Assembly (NCBI GenBank): GCA_030324005.1
Contig: JARDVH010000073.1
Coordinates: 80,588,220 to 80,652,219, forward strand
DNA length: 64,000 bases
Reading direction: 5' to 3'
From: Negaprion brevirostris
Lineage: Eukaryota
This document shows positions 28,504 through 41,599 of the stretch, in pieces; position 1 is the stretch's first letter; every line of letters starts with the position of its first letter. The translations under genes and the position numbers were made by a program. The notes under the pieces were generated by a model. It searched no databases. It was given only the letters and a program-made list of their open reading frames with translations, and was not told where the DNA came from.

Positions 28504-29156
28504 CAAAGAACAAAGAAAAAAGAAAATTAGAGCACAGGAACAGGTCCTTCAGCCCTACAAGCCTGCACCAATCATGCTGTCCGTCTTAACTAAAGCCCCC
28601 TACCCTTCCAGGGACCATATCCCTCCATTCCCATCCTATTCATGTATTTGTCAAGATGCCCCTTAAAAGTCACTACCGCATCCACTTCCACTATCTCCCC
28701 TGGCAACGCGTTTTAGGCACCCACTACTCTCTGTGTAAAAAATCTGCTTGTACATCTCCTTTAAACCTTGTCCCTCGCACCTTAAATCTGTGCCCCCTAG
28801 TAATTGACTCTTCCACCCTGGGAAAAAGCTTCTGACTATCCACTCTGTCCGTGCCTCTCATAATCTTGTAGACTTCTATCAGGTTGCCCCTCAACCTCCA
28901 TCGCTCCAGTGAGAACAAACCAAGTTTCTCCGACCTCTCCTCAGAGCTAATGCCCTCCACACCAGGCAACATCCTGGTAAATCTTTTCTGTACCCTCTCC
29001 AAAACCTCCACGTCCTTCTGGTAGCGTGGCGACCAGAATTGGACACTATATTCTAAGCATGGCCTAACTAAGGTTCTATAAAGCTGCAACACGATTTGCT
29101 AGTTCTTGAATTCAATGCCCCGGCTGATGAAGGCGAGCATGCCGTATGCCTTCTTG
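28504..29156 (-). mobile_element. CR1 LINE 3' fragment
   Basis: ORF MLQLYRTLVRPCLEYSVQFWSPRYQKDVEVLERVQKRFTRMLPG...RGHRFKVRG, with a (TTCTTTG)n tail at ~28504-28525. Confidence 0.95.
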
Positions 29157-30217
29157 AGGCCACTTGTCCTTCTAGTTATTTACAGCTGGGTCAATATTTC
29201 CCTGGATCCTGTGGATTGACCTTTTTTTAAACACAATTGGAACTGGAGCTCTTTCCTGATCTTCTGGTGCCGCTCCCAGATGTAATGAGGCACAAGTTAC
29301 TTTTCAGCCTCACTTCCCCCTGGCCCCCCACCCCCCTCACTATCATTTCCTTAAGCATGCATGGGTGCATTCCATCTGGTTCTGAATTCTTATGAATATT
29401 CAATCCCTTCAGATTTAGTTAATCACAATTTCATTTCTAAATGTTTGCCAGTGAGGTTGGGTGTTCCTGAACTGCCCCTATTGCAGAACAGCACCATTCC
29501 TGAAGTGAAATCTCATCATTTAAAATTCACACCGAGATTATATTTCTCTGTTGTTGCCTCTGTATCATTGGCTGTAATTGCTTCATTTGTTCTTCAATGT
29601 GTTCTGAGCACGAACCAACACAAATATCACTTGTCCTCTGGAATCATTTTCCTGTTGATCCTTTGAGTTCAATTCAAAATGTTATCTCAAATTTCGTACA
29701 ATCCTGCCTCACTTCCTTCAAATATTTAAAGGTCCAGTCGATCTCTTGGAGACCTGGGTATTCGAAGCTCCGAGGAGGTCAGCAGCAGTGTGACTGATTC
29801 ATTCATTCAATCAGGAGTCTCACAACACCAGGTTAAAGTCCAACAGGTTTATCTGGAATCACGAGCTTTAGGAGCACTGCTCCTTCATCAGTGGATCGTT
29901 CATCAGGGGAGTGTTTCCTTCTAACACACAGCAAAGGTGACCTGGCCTCAGCACCTTTGTACCCCACCTGTTCCCCTTGTAGCTGCCATCCTGGGACAGG
30001 AAGCCTCAAGCCCTTCAGTATGGAGAGGTGAGGAAGGAGTTTTTATACAGGCCACCAGCATGTGCCCCGCCCTGATCAGCAATAGATCCTTTGTGTTGTT
30101 AATTAAGCACGGGGTTGAATTGGAGATTGGAAGGGTTTTGCGAATTTGAGATCAGTATCTGGCTTTCTTTCTCTTTTTTAGGCGTCATTAGTCTGTCTCC
30201 CAGGGAGACAAACGCAG

Positions 30218-30790
30218 AGGGTGGATTTGTCTGTTTTTTTTTGACCAAGTGTTAGTTCAGTTGGGTAAAATTGGTCTGCGGCTCACCAGCTTCACTGCTG
30301 GCTTTTCCCATCAGATCGTCTGACGCTTGGTCAAATACAATCCTGGAGGTGGGACCCACGGCATCACGTGGGTGGAATGGCCTCATTCAGAGATGCCCCG
30401 TCAGCAACAGTGGCTTTCCAAGGTCCAGATCTGAACATAATTAAACTAAGATAAAGAATCCCTCACCTCGCAGCATTGAACACCAGCCCCCCACCCCCCC
30501 CATCAGAAGCCCCCCCAGTTCCTGAGCACTGCTCCCTGGCGCTGCCCACTGGTTGTGCCTCTGGCAGTGCTCCGGGATTGCCAGGGGGCAGTGTCGAGGG
30601 AAGAGCTCAGGGGGCAATGCCCTGGTCACTGCCAGGGTGCTGTCCCAGGCATGACTCGCTCCCTCCTGGGGCCTGTACTAACCTGCACACCCTGCTCACT
30701 GCTCTTCACCTGGTCTCTGTCAGAAGCTGTTGTAAACCCACTGCTGTGAAGTCACGATGGAGTCTGGGATTATCTGCTGTGGGTGATAAT
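30218..30790. mobile_element. Probable non-autonomous DNA transposon (Harbinger-like MITE), GC-rich
   Basis: GC-rich interior with repeated ggcagtg / cactgcc / tgccaggg motifs in both orientations and a gggtggattt terminus. Shorter relatives occur at ~8068-8203, ~22170-22390 and ~23936-24050. Confidence 0.45.
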
Positions 30791-30926
30791 TGAGCAGGAA
30801 AGCACCAATTATGTTATACGGGATAATAATTGGGCTCCTAACTTTTATGGCTAGAAAGTAAAAGATAGGAGCAGGAGAAGGCCATTCAGCCCTTTGAGCC
30901 TTCTCCACCATTCATTACAACCCTGG

Positions 30927-31175
30927 CGGTAACAGAGGGACCCTGTTAACACAGGAGCCCGGTAACACAGCGGCCCGGTAACACAGGGACGCGGTAACAC
31001 AGGAGCCCGGTAACACAGGGGCCCCGGTAACACAGGGACGCGGTAACACAGGAACCCGGTAACACAGGGGCCCCGGTAACACAGGGACGCAGTAACACAG
31101 GGACGCGGTAACAGGGGGCCCCGGTAACAGAGGGACACGGTAACACAGACACTTGGTACGACAGAGACCTGGTAA
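30927..31175. repeat. Minisatellite, ~16-18 bp unit CGGTAACACAGGnnnn, ~15 copies
   Basis: Directly visible tandem units cggtaacacagggacg / cggtaacacaggagcc / cggtaacacaggggccc. Confidence 0.95.
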
Positions 31176-31194
31176 TAAAATAACTATCACAGAC

Positions 31195-31440
31195 TCATAG
31201 AATCCCCACTGTCCAGAAGGAGGCCCTTCAGCCCATCAAGTCTGCACTGATAACAATCCCACCCAAGCCCTATGCTTGTAATCCTACATAAACCTCCTAA
31301 CACTGAGGGGAAATCCCAACCAGATCTGTTCCCAAGTGTTTACTCTGCTATTCACCTCCCCCACCCCCCCACAACCTACACAACATGTGACACAAAGAGA
31401 AATTTTAGCATGGCCAATCCACCTAACCTACACATCCTTG
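31195..31440 (-). mobile_element. HE1-type SINE 3' part
   Basis: catagaatcccc..cagaaggaggcc..gacaatcccaccca and tttagcatggccaatccacctaacc. Confidence 0.75.
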
Positions 31441-33087
31441 AAATCGGATTACTGTCTGTGTATAGTTTTAATTTACATTTCAAATATCAAAACATATGAT
31501 GGAAGAAAGGAATGATTTGCATTTACATAATTTTTGACATACAATAGATCGCTGGCTTGTGTAGCTTCTCGCTGGTTTGCCTTTGTACAGTCACAGAGCC
31601 CTGTTCCAATCAGGGTATTTAAACAATTGGATGACAAAAAATATAATCATGGTGCTAAAACAATGGCATTATGTTTCCAAGAAAGCGAAGTTTAATTGTT
31701 TGTGAATTAATTAACATTTTGCAGTTACTCTGCACTTTAGCGTAGCAAAGCTTCACAAAAATGGTGTCAAATAAATGCAGACAAAATCTGCATAAGGAGT
31801 TATTGCAGCAAGTGACCAAAGCTTAATCAAAGCGATAGGTTTTAAGGGGTGTCCAAAATAGAGGAAGAGGAGGAGGTGGGGAGGTGTTGTAGTGTTAGGC
31901 TATTTGGAACCATCAGGGTTAATTTGGGACTGTTGTGACAATACTGCCCACGTTGTGTTGTAGTAAGTCACGTGGCAGTGAGTCTGGAAATCAGTATGGG
32001 GATAGCACCTGGTGTATGTCGATATCTCGATGGTTATATGTTAATATTAAACAGTTACTGTTCAACTGGACAAGTACCTGGACTTCTTTCCTGAGACAAC
32101 CTTTTAACAGGCTGGAGGTCTAGGGAAGTGATTCCAGAACTTGGGATGCAAGCAGCTGGAAGCACAGCCCCCAGTGGTGAAGGGATTAAAATGGGGATGT
32201 TTTGGAAGAGTGTCAGGATTTCCGAGGTGTGCAAAGTCTGGGTGAAGTTACACGAGGGCGAGATCGTGGAGGGATTTGAAAACAAGAGTTTGGTTCAGGG
32301 GTGAGCAGGTGTGCCTCATTAACAAAGAGTCCAGTCACTCAAAGATCAGGAAGGTTTACCAAATAGAAAGTTTCATCTGAAGGTTAAGTTCTCACACACT
32401 AAGAAAGCAACTTTCAATCTTTTTTGACCAACTTGAGGCCAATGGGCCTTTACATGGCTTCTCCTGCCTGCTCAAATTCCCGTGGCGGTGGGACAGGAAA
32501 ATTCTGCCCGGAGAATTTTCTGGGTGAAATGCCAAGGTGGAGATTGGATGAGGAGAATACATAAAACAGGTTCAACCTTTATATACATTTTATCTTTAGA
32601 ACAATTTAATGACATTAACTTGATGCTTTTGTGTGTTTAAGTTAAATTTGTATCTTTCAGACTGTAATCTGCACTTTTCTATTCAGGAATGTTTTCCCAT
32701 CATGCCTCTGATAACTCTTTGAAAGGTCCATTCCATTAGCCCCACCCTTATGAATGGGCTGTGACTTCTCACTGGCTAGTAACACAGCAGAATTCATTTC
32801 CATTGCATTTCTGTAATCAAATCAGGATTAACTCCTGGGAAAATTCCATGCCATGTGCTCACTAGGTTTCCCATTGGTCTGCAAGTTCCTGCTGGCTGTG
32901 CTGCTGTCCCGTCATTCGTCCATACATACCCCTCCCCCCGCTCTCCACTTCCAATCTGAATTCTGGTGACGATGGTGTGCTTTGTACTTACTGAAACCAA
33001 TCTGCATCAATTTCTTCCTCTGTCCTGCTGATTTTGAGCAAATCCCAGTTATTATTTCCTTCCCTTCTCCCAGATGTTCAATGAATA

Positions 33088-33165
33088 TTGGCACAGTGAT
33101 TAGCACTGCTGCCTCACAGTGCCAGGGACCCGTGTTCGATTCCCAGCTTGGTCACTGTCTGTGCG
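33088..33165 (+). mobile_element. HE1-type SINE head running into a gap
   Basis: tggcacagtgattagcactgctgcctcacagtgccagggacccgtgttcgattcc. Confidence 0.85.
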
Positions 33166-33265
33166 NNNNNNNNNNNNNNNNNNNNNNNNNNNNNNNNNNN
33201 NNNNNNNNNNNNNNNNNNNNNNNNNNNNNNNNNNNNNNNNNNNNNNNNNNNNNNNNNNNNNNNNN

Positions 33266-33640
33266 TATCTGTATTAGACCTTCCAAAATGCATTACCTCA
33301 CATTTGTCCAGATTAAACTCCATCTGCCATCTCTCCACCCAAGCCTCCAAATGATCTGTATCCTGCTATATCCTCTGATGGTCCTCATCACTATCCGCAA
33401 ATTCACCAAACTTTGTATTGTCCGCAAACTTATTCATCGAACCAGTTACATTTTCCTTCAAATCATTTATATCTATCACAAAGAGGAAACATCCCAGCAC
33501 TGATCCCTGAGGAATACCACTTGTCACAGCCCTCCATTCAGAAACGGACCCTTCCACTGCTACTCTCTATCTTCTTTGACCAAGCCAGTTTTGTATCCAC
33601 CTTGCCAGCTCATCTCTGATCCCTTGCGACTTCACTTCCT
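33266..33640 (-). mobile_element. CR1 LINE RT fragment
   Basis: WRAVTSGIPQGSVLG..LFVIDINDL...KFADNTK and WQMEFNLDKCEVMHFGR. Confidence 0.9.
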
Positions 33641-33644
33641 AACC

Positions 33645-33858
33645 TCATGTATTTACCCTGCTGATCCCTCAACGTTAAAGGGGCAATTTTGCATGGCCAA
33701 TTAACCTAACCTGCACACCTTTGGACTGTGGAAGTAAACTGGAGCACTCACATGAAACCCATGCAGACATAAGGAGAATGTACCAATTCCACACAGACAG
33801 TGAACCTGGGTCCCTGATGCTGAGAGGCAGCAGTGCTAACCACTGTGCCACCATGCCG
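33645..33858 (-). mobile_element. HE1-type SINE
   Basis: Reverse complement of HE1 head and body (ggcagcagtgctaaccactgtgccaccatgcc). Confidence 0.85.
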
Positions 33859-34879
33859 TGGTTATATAAGAATTGCAAAAGAAGGCAGCAATGAAAGATA
33901 GGTTTTCTGCAGCCCAGAAACATGAGGGAAGGAAGGCAGATGGACCACATAAACAATGGAATCGCCTCTGGTTGCAAACTACCCCTTTGGTCCTCTAATC
34001 CATGGAGATCCCCTATTGTCCAAGATAATAAGCTGCTTATGGTATTTAAAACTAGCAGAGATCAGTGAATGGCTGCTAAAAGGTTAGACTCTTAGTAAAG
34101 TACTGAGTTTCTGATCAGAACCAATTGCAATGATACTTGCTAATTTTTAAACTGATGCAAGTTCTATCTCATCCACAGTTTGAAGATGGACAGGCAACTC
34201 AGTAGCAACAATTGATCTAAGGTTAACTGAGAACTAAAAATGATTACAGAGAGCTTACATTTCTGAACAATCCTATTCTTTTCAATTGTGCTCAGGAGAA
34301 ATTTGTAGATCAGCAAATTTCTGACCTAATGAGAAAAGGATTGGATTCTGGGAACAAGGCAGGTCGAATTGATGAAATGTCAGTAGGGGAATGTGGATGG
34401 AACAGTACAATTTTAATTATTGACGGAAAAAGTTAAGCAGTAACCTGGAGTGAAAATATTTAGTTGGAGGAAAGCCAATTTCAGATGGTTGAGAATGGAT
34501 CTGTTCCAGGTAAAATAGAATCAAAGACTGGGAGGCAAAACTGCAACTGAAAAATGGGTTGCCTTCATTGAAGAGATTGTTTGGAGGAGGAAAAGTAGAA
34601 TAATTAAAGCCAGTGCTCTCTGGATGATGCAAGAGAAAGATGAAGCAGACAAAAAAAGCCATATGACAGATGTCAGATTGCAAATGCATGCAAGACCAGT
34701 TTGACTACAGAAAGATCAGAGCGAAAAAGGAAATAAAAACAACAAAGAGGCCGGAATTCACTGGCATGCCCACCCCAGTCCTGGGGGTGGGCGAGGCTTG
34801 GAGAACAACATTCTCTGTTGGCCTCAGGCAGGATCGTACCAACCTTGAGCAGAAGCGCCGATAAAATTCCACCCACAGA

Positions 34880-36590
34880 GTATGAGAAGACACTGGAAGT
34901 TAATGTAAAAAAGAAATCCAAAGTATTCTATAGACTAATAGTCAAAGTGCTGTGACAGGATGGCTAGGGGCTGAGATCTATGCATGGAAGCAGGGAGCAT
35001 GGCTGAGGACAAATTAACTAGGTACTTTGCACCTGATTTTGTCAAGAAAGATGATGTNNNNNNNNNNNNNNNNNNNNNNNNNNNNNNNNNNNNNNNNNNN
35101 NNNNNNNNNNNNNNNNNNNNNNNNNNNNNNNNNNNNNNNNNNNNNNNNNNNNNNNNNCGTAATCAGTCAAGAAGTAGGTAACTGAGATATTGGATGGGTT
35201 ACAATTTGATAAAAAGATGTCAAAAAGGCTGGTTGTACTTAACATTGTCCATTCTCAGCAGGACTGGGCCAGATATATCGAAAAACTTTGAGAGAAGTGA
35301 GAATGGAAATTGTGCAGGTACTGGTCAAAATCTTCAATCTTCTTCAGATATGGGAATGGTGCCAGCGGATTGGAGGATTGCAAATGTTACTTCCTTGTTT
35401 AAAGGGTAAACCCAGCAATTATAAGCTAGTTCATTTAACCTCGGTGGTGGGCAAGTTTTTGGATAAGATAATCTAGGAAAAGATTAACAACCAATTGGAC
35501 AAGGCTGGATTAATTAAGAGAAGCCAGCATACATGTGTTCAAGGCAAATTATGTTTCACCAATTAAATTGAGTTTTTTGATGAGGGAACAGAGAGGATTG
35601 ATAAGGGTAATACAGTTGATGTGGTGTATCTGAACTTCCAAAAGGTATTTGATATAGTACCACGTAATAGACTTTCAGCAATTGAAGCCCATAGAATGAA
35701 AGGGACAATGGCAGCACGGATGAGCTGGCTGAATGACAGAATACAGAGTGACGGTGAACAGTTATTGATCAGATGAAGATGTAAAATGGTGCTCACCATA
35801 GTTCAGTACTAAGACTGCTGCTTTTTAAAATATATATCAATGAGCTAGACTTGGGTGTACGGGACACAATTTGAAAATTTGCAGGTGACACAAACTTGGA
35901 AGTATTGTGCTCTGCAATGAGGATAATGATAGCCTTCACAAGGAAATAAATGGGTTCACAGAATCAATGGACACATGACAGATGCACATTAATAAAGAAA
36001 AATCTGAAGTGTTACATTTTGATAGGAGGAACAAAGAGAAAATATAAACTAAAAGGTACAACTGTAAAGGGAGTGCAGTAACAGAGCGACCTGGGGCATA
36101 TATGCATACGTCTTTAAAGCTTGCAGCAGAGAGCCTGGTTGACGCAGTTGGTAGTTCTCCTGCCTGCAAGGCAGAAGGTCCTGAATCTGAGGGTTTGAAT
36201 GTAACTCAGGAATGCGTTGGCCACAGAAGAACTCAGTCACTGTTGCAAGTGCGCTTGCAAGCCCTCGTGCCAGTCCCCAGCCTGAATAAAGGGTTTGAGA
36301 GGTATGTGGCTGTAAAATCACCCATAAAATACAAAAAAACTGACAATGAACGGTGATCAATCAGCATTGTGGCGACATTATATAACATGGGAAAAGGTGG
36401 AACAAACAAATAAGTTGAAGGGCAGGATGTAAAAGGGTTGTAGAAAGCCTCACAGATGCCTAGACTTTATGCGTAGAGTGCAAAAGCAAAGAAATTGTGA
36501 TGAACCTTTATAAAACATCAGTTCAATCTCAATTGCAGCATTACATCCAAATTTGGGTACTGCAATTTAGGAAGGATGTGAAAGCTTTTT
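34880..36590 (+). mobile_element. Old CR1 LINE ORF2 fragments, interrupted
   Basis: VPADWRIANVTSLFKG, KPSNYKLVHLTSVVGKFL and MMNLYKTSVQSQLQHYIQIW..FRKDV, with many stops. Confidence 0.8.
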
Positions 36591-36864
36591 TTTCAAAAAA
36601 GGCAATTCATCCTGACTCCCAATGTTCATGGATCCTTGAAAACATTTCAGGTTCTGGATCTGCATCCTGCCAAAAACTAAGCAGTTCTTCCTTGCGCTCT
36701 GCCCTGTCTTTGTACCAAATTTCACTGAAATCCATCCATTAGTTTTTGAGATGTATTGTTTACAGATTTGCATGCTAATAGACTGATGAATGGGGGAGAA
36801 AACATTACCATCACCCACTTTAAGTGTCACATTGTAAAAGCCTTTACAGGGGCAGGATAAATTA

Positions 36865-37400
36865 CAATGGATTTAAGGAAATGTCAGAAACATTAAATAC
36901 ATTTCTTTTATCTATATTCACAGCAGAAGATACAAAGGGTGTACCAGAAATTGTAGGAAACCAAGAGTCTTTTGAAATTGAGCAACTTAAAAGTAACTAA
37001 TACAGGGAAATAAATTATTGGGATTAAAACCCAACAAGTCTCCTGAATTTCATAACCTTCATTCTCAGGTCTTAAAAGAGGAAGCTACAGATATAGTGGA
37101 TGCATTGCTTTTGAACATGCAGAATTCTTTAGATTTTGGAACAGTCTTCATGGCTTGGATGGAGGCAAATGTTAATACCACTGTTGAAGAAAAGAGGGCA
37201 TGTAAAAATGGAAACGATTGATTAGTTAGCCTGACGCCGTTAGCAGAAAAGAAGCTAGAACCTATTATTAGGAATGTGGCAACAGGGCACCTATCGCCAA
37301 TCAAATTATGATTTCCTGAGTTAACATAGTTTTATGAAAGGTGAATAGTGTTTTATAGAATTATTAGAGTATTTGAGGGTGATGCCACACTTCAAGAATT
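36865..37400 (+). mobile_element. Old CR1 LINE ORF2 fragment
   Basis: EMSETLNTF..SIFTAED and GLKPNKSPEFHNLHSQVLKEEATDIVDAL..QNSLDFGTV..W.EANV. Confidence 0.8.
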
Positions 37401-37449
37401 TAAAATAGGAAAAATTAAGCAAGATGTTCTCAAGTTTTGCCTGTGGCCC

Positions 37450-37760
37450 AGATAGAGCTGCCATATTTATAACAAGGTGCTTGAGAAAGGCTTTCTCTGC
37501 CTGTTCAACTGGATATAAAAGATTCATAGCATTCCTCAAAAGAAAGAGTATTTTGGTCAAAATTTCTCCCTCAACTATTACTATCAAACATTAATTAACT
37601 GTGCATTCATCTTATTTGCTGTTTGTGGCACTGTTTTGTGCTGACACTGGCTACTAGACTCACCAGCAATGGTGAGATTTTTAAAACCACTTAATTGATC
37701 ATTTACTGCCCTTGGGGTGCCCTGAGGATATGGAAGACATCAAGAAAATCATTACGATTA
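37450..37760 (+). mobile_element. Deu-domain SINE remnant
   Basis: ggatataaaagattcatagcatt...aaatttctccctcaac...atttgctgtttgtggcactg, the reverse-orientation relative of 25835-26140. Confidence 0.5.
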
Positions 37761-38884
37761 AATTTTCTCAGGGGTCATCATGTTTGAAGTTATATCGACA
37801 CATGCAAAATATTGCATCTTGTCATGTGCTATTGCTGCTGCTTCTCTGATATTTGATTAAAGTTCCTTGCCACCCATTCATATTTTTCTTGGTTGGGGAT
37901 ATTTTCTATCTTCCAGCATGATTGTCTTGTTCTCTGTCCTTGCTCCCTCTGGCTAAAATGTCACCTAGAACTGAGTTTTGTTTCTTTAATTTGAACATCA
38001 TGGTTCTCTCTCTCTCTCTCTCTGTGAATATAGATAAAATAAATTTATTTAATGTTTGTCATTTCCTTAAATGCCATTATAATTTATCTTGCCTCTGTAC
38101 AGGCTCTTACAATGTGCCACTTAAAGTGGCTGATGGTAATGTTTTCTCCCTTGTTCATCAGTCTGTTAGCATGTAAACAATATATCTCAAAAACTAATGG
38201 ATGGATTTCAGTGAAATGTGGTACAAGGACAGAGCATAGCCCAAGGGAGAACTGCTTATTTTTGGCAGAGATGCAGATCCAGATACTGAAATGTTTTTCA
38301 AGGGTCCATCAACATTGGGAGTCAGGATGAACTGACTTTTCTTTAAAAAAAAGGAATATTGTGGATTGTTTTATTTAAGATGTTATTATTTGTTTTAAAA
38401 CTTTGTCGATTGTCTCTGCTGCTGAGATGGAATTTGTTACAGCTGTTAAAACATGAGCAGAATTTTCAGAACAGGTTGTTGAATGTGGCTTGGCCTGAAG
38501 CTCTCTTAGTGAAAAAGCTCTTAAAAAAATACATTTTTAGACCTGTATGAGATGGAGATGCCGGCATTGCACTGGGATGGGCACTGTAAGAAGTCTGACA
38601 ACACTAGGTTAAAATCTAACAGGTTTATCTGGAATCATGAGCTTTTGGAATACTGCCCCTTCAGCAGGTCAGACTCATCTCTATCAATTTGCTGTTGTCC
38701 ATTGCTCATATGTACACACATGCTTGCATGTGCACAATCCTATTAGGCTGGCATCATTTTGTTTCTTCTTTTAATTTAATTCCAGCCTTCGCTTCTCTAG
38801 TTAGCCATGGTTGGATCATATTTTCTGGGAGAATTTAAAATTCCTTGAGGAAATGTATCTTCATTCAACATTGTGAATTATTTT

Positions 38885-40023
38885 AGGTGGAATCTTCCCA
38901 GAAATTGGCCAATGACAATGAAGGCTTTTTCTGCCATATTGTGCAGCATTTGTTTAAAGAATGCAGAGGTATGGATTTTCTGGCAGATCACTGGTGGAGT
39001 GACCTCTGATTCACATGCCCTCTAATAACTTCATAGCTTCAGTAATGTGGGCACTACGCTTAAAGGCCACCTCTGCACAGAGGTAATACTCCAAGGAATA
39101 GGAAGCCGCTGGGAGCTGATAGCTGCCAAAGCCAAGAAACATGCTGCCCTCACATTTAGCAATGCCTCCCTTGTGCATCTACTAGAAGCAGTGTCCTAGA
39201 ACCTTGCTCTGGACAAGACCAGCAAGCAATGTCACCAATCCAACATGGAAGGTATTGGTAGTGATGGTGGTCAGTGCAAACGCCCTCCAAAAGAGGACAG
39301 CTATGCAGTGCCAAAACAGGACGTATGACCTCCCCATTCTGCAGAGTAAGTCACTCTTTTTATAAATTTCAACTCACACACTCATCACACATCCTCAGGA
39401 ATCTCATTCACTGCCAGCTCAAGGGTCATTATCACTCACTCTCACATAAATATCACCACTTCCCTTGCAGGTAATCTCCTCATCCTTTGCAATGGCCTCA
39501 CTCACCAACCATCATCTGGCCTGGCAAGTGTCCTACCTGCACTGTCTCCATTTTTCTTCACAAATGGACAACTGGCAGAAAACAAAAGGGAGAGGTCCCA
39601 GACTGATGGAGAAATGATGAAACTCAAGGTCCTGACAATTCAGCTAGCTGGTGAGGATGTACACTGTTCTTGTGCTAATGGTGAAGTCAGTGGCGCTCAA
39701 CAAAGTGAGGATCCTGCACTGTAACATCCATCAGACAATCATACTGTGTGTGATCTCTCCTGTTTCACAGGGTCCTGCTATCCCTAATGATTTCTCCTTT
39801 CCTTCACAAGGACAGCCGGGAAGCATCCAAGGCGTTTACGAACCAGATCCTGGACTCCAGCCTCAATGATACCATAGAAGCCAAAAGCACTGACAGTGAC
39901 ATTGTTGACCTTTCATCAACGCAGCCACACACACCTCATTGGGACTTATTTCTACAGTAGCCTCTGAGTCACGATCTGATGAGCACATCATACTGTCTGA
40001 CCCACAGCAGGTGGAAGCAGGGA
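38885..40023 (+). mobile_element. PIF/Harbinger transposon remnant, Myb/SANT DNA-binding protein pseudogene (5' part)
   Basis: From 39119: AAKAKKHAALTFSNASLVHLLEAV* ... NPTWKVLVVMVVSANALQKRTAMQCQNRTYDL, then GTAAGT at 39346, and later LAENKRERSQTDGEMMKLKVLT. This is the pattern of Harbinger Myb-like (NAIF1/MSANTD-type) proteins. GGTGGAATCTTCCC at ~38885 resembles a Harbinger terminal repeat. Confidence 0.7.
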
Positions 40024-41585
40024 CATAGAAACATAGAAAAATTACAGCACAAACAGGCCCTTCGGCCAACAAGTTGCGCCGAACGTGTCCCTACCTACTA
40101 GGCTTACCTATAACCCTCAGTCCTATTAAGTTCCATGTACTTATCCAAACGTCTGTTAAAAGACCCTATTGAATCTGCCTCCACCACCACTGCCGGCAGC
40201 CGATTCCACACACCCACCACCCTCAGTGAAAAACTTACCCCTGACATCTCCTCTGTACCTATTCCCCAGCACCCTAAACCTGTATTCTCTTGTGGCAACC
40301 ATTTCAGCTCTGGGAAAAAGCCTCAGAATCCACTTGATCAATACCTCTCAACATCTTATGCACCTCTATCAGGTCACCTTTCACCCTTCATCTGTCCAAG
40401 GAGAAAAGACCGAATTCTCTCAACCTGTCCTCATAAGGCACGCCACCCAATCCTTGTAAATCTCCTCTGCACCCTTTCTATGGCTTTCACATCCTTTCTG
40501 TAATGAGGTGACCAGAACTGAGCGCAGTACTCCAAGTGGGGTCTGACCAGGGTCTTATACAGCTGCAGCACTATCTCCCAATTCCTAAACTCAATTCCTC
40601 TATTTATGAATACCAGTACACCATACGCCTTCTTAACTACAGCTTCTACCTGCAAAGCTGCTTTGGGCGTCCTATGAACCCAGACCCCAAGATACTTCTG
40701 ATTTTCCACACTGCCAAGAGTCTTACTCTTAACATTATATTCTGTCATCCTATTTGACCTGCCAGAATGACTCACCACATGTCCATCTGCCACTTCTCCG
40801 CCCAGTCTTGCATCCTATCAATGTCTCATTGCAACTTCTGACATCCCTCCACACTATCCACAACACCTCCAACCTTTGTGTCATCAGCAAACTTACCAAC
40901 CCATCCTCCACTTCCTCATCCAGGTCATTTATAAAACTCACAAAGAGCAAGGGTCCCAGAACCTGGGGCACTCCACAGATGACCGACCTCCATGCAGAAA
41001 AAGACCCATCTTCAACCACTCTTTGCCTTCTGTGGGCAAGCCAGTTCTGAATCCACAAAGCAATGTCCCCTTAGATCCCATGCCCCCTTACTTTCTCAAT
41101 AAGCCTTCCATGGGGCACCTTATCAAAACACTTTGCTGAAGTCCATATATACTACATCTACTGCTGTTCCTTCATCAATGTGTTTAGACACATTCTGAAA
41201 AAATTCAATCAGACTCGTAAGGCATTATCTGCCTTTGACAAAGCCATACCGACTATTCTTGATCATACTATACCTCTCCAAATATTCATAAATCCTGCCT
41301 CTCAGGATCTTCTCCATCGACTTACAACCACTGAGGTTAGACTCACCGGTCTATAATTTCCTGGGCTATCTCTTCTCCCTTTCTTGAATAAAGGAACCAT
41401 ATCCACAATCCTCCAATCCTCCGGAACCCCTCCCATCTCATGGATGACACAAAGATCATCGCCAGAGACTCAGCAATCTCCTCCCTCGCCTCCCATAGTA
41501 ACCTGCGGTACATCCCATCCGGTCCCGGCGACTTATCTAACTTGATGCTTTTCAAAAGCTCCAACACATCCTCTTCCTTAATATC
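40024..41585 (-). mobile_element. CR1/HER1-type LINE, 5'-truncated ORF2 RT plus 3' tail
   Basis: Peptides KLDKSPGPDGMY..LLWEAREEIAESL, WIQNWLAHRRQRVV..WRSVICGVPQ.LGPLLFVSFINDLDE and LQLYKTLVRPHLEYCAQFWSPHYRKDV. A (TTCTATG)n-type tail sits at 40024-40038. Confidence 0.95.
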
Positions 41586-41599
41586 TGACTGGCAACTGT

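Larger units (their letters stand above)
36585..38354. repeat. Long imperfect inverted repeat (arms 36585-36923 and 38022-38354)
   Basis: Both arms translate to CKQYISKTNGWISVKxGT on opposite strands, and the nucleotide match continues across the whole arm. Confidence 0.92.

Noticed and set aside
30927-31175. CRISPR-like array, or Cys/Pro-rich ORFs (LCYRGP repeats)
   Set aside because: Units are 16-18 bp with no unique spacers, there are no cas genes, and the context is eukaryotic. The ORFs are by-products of the repeat.
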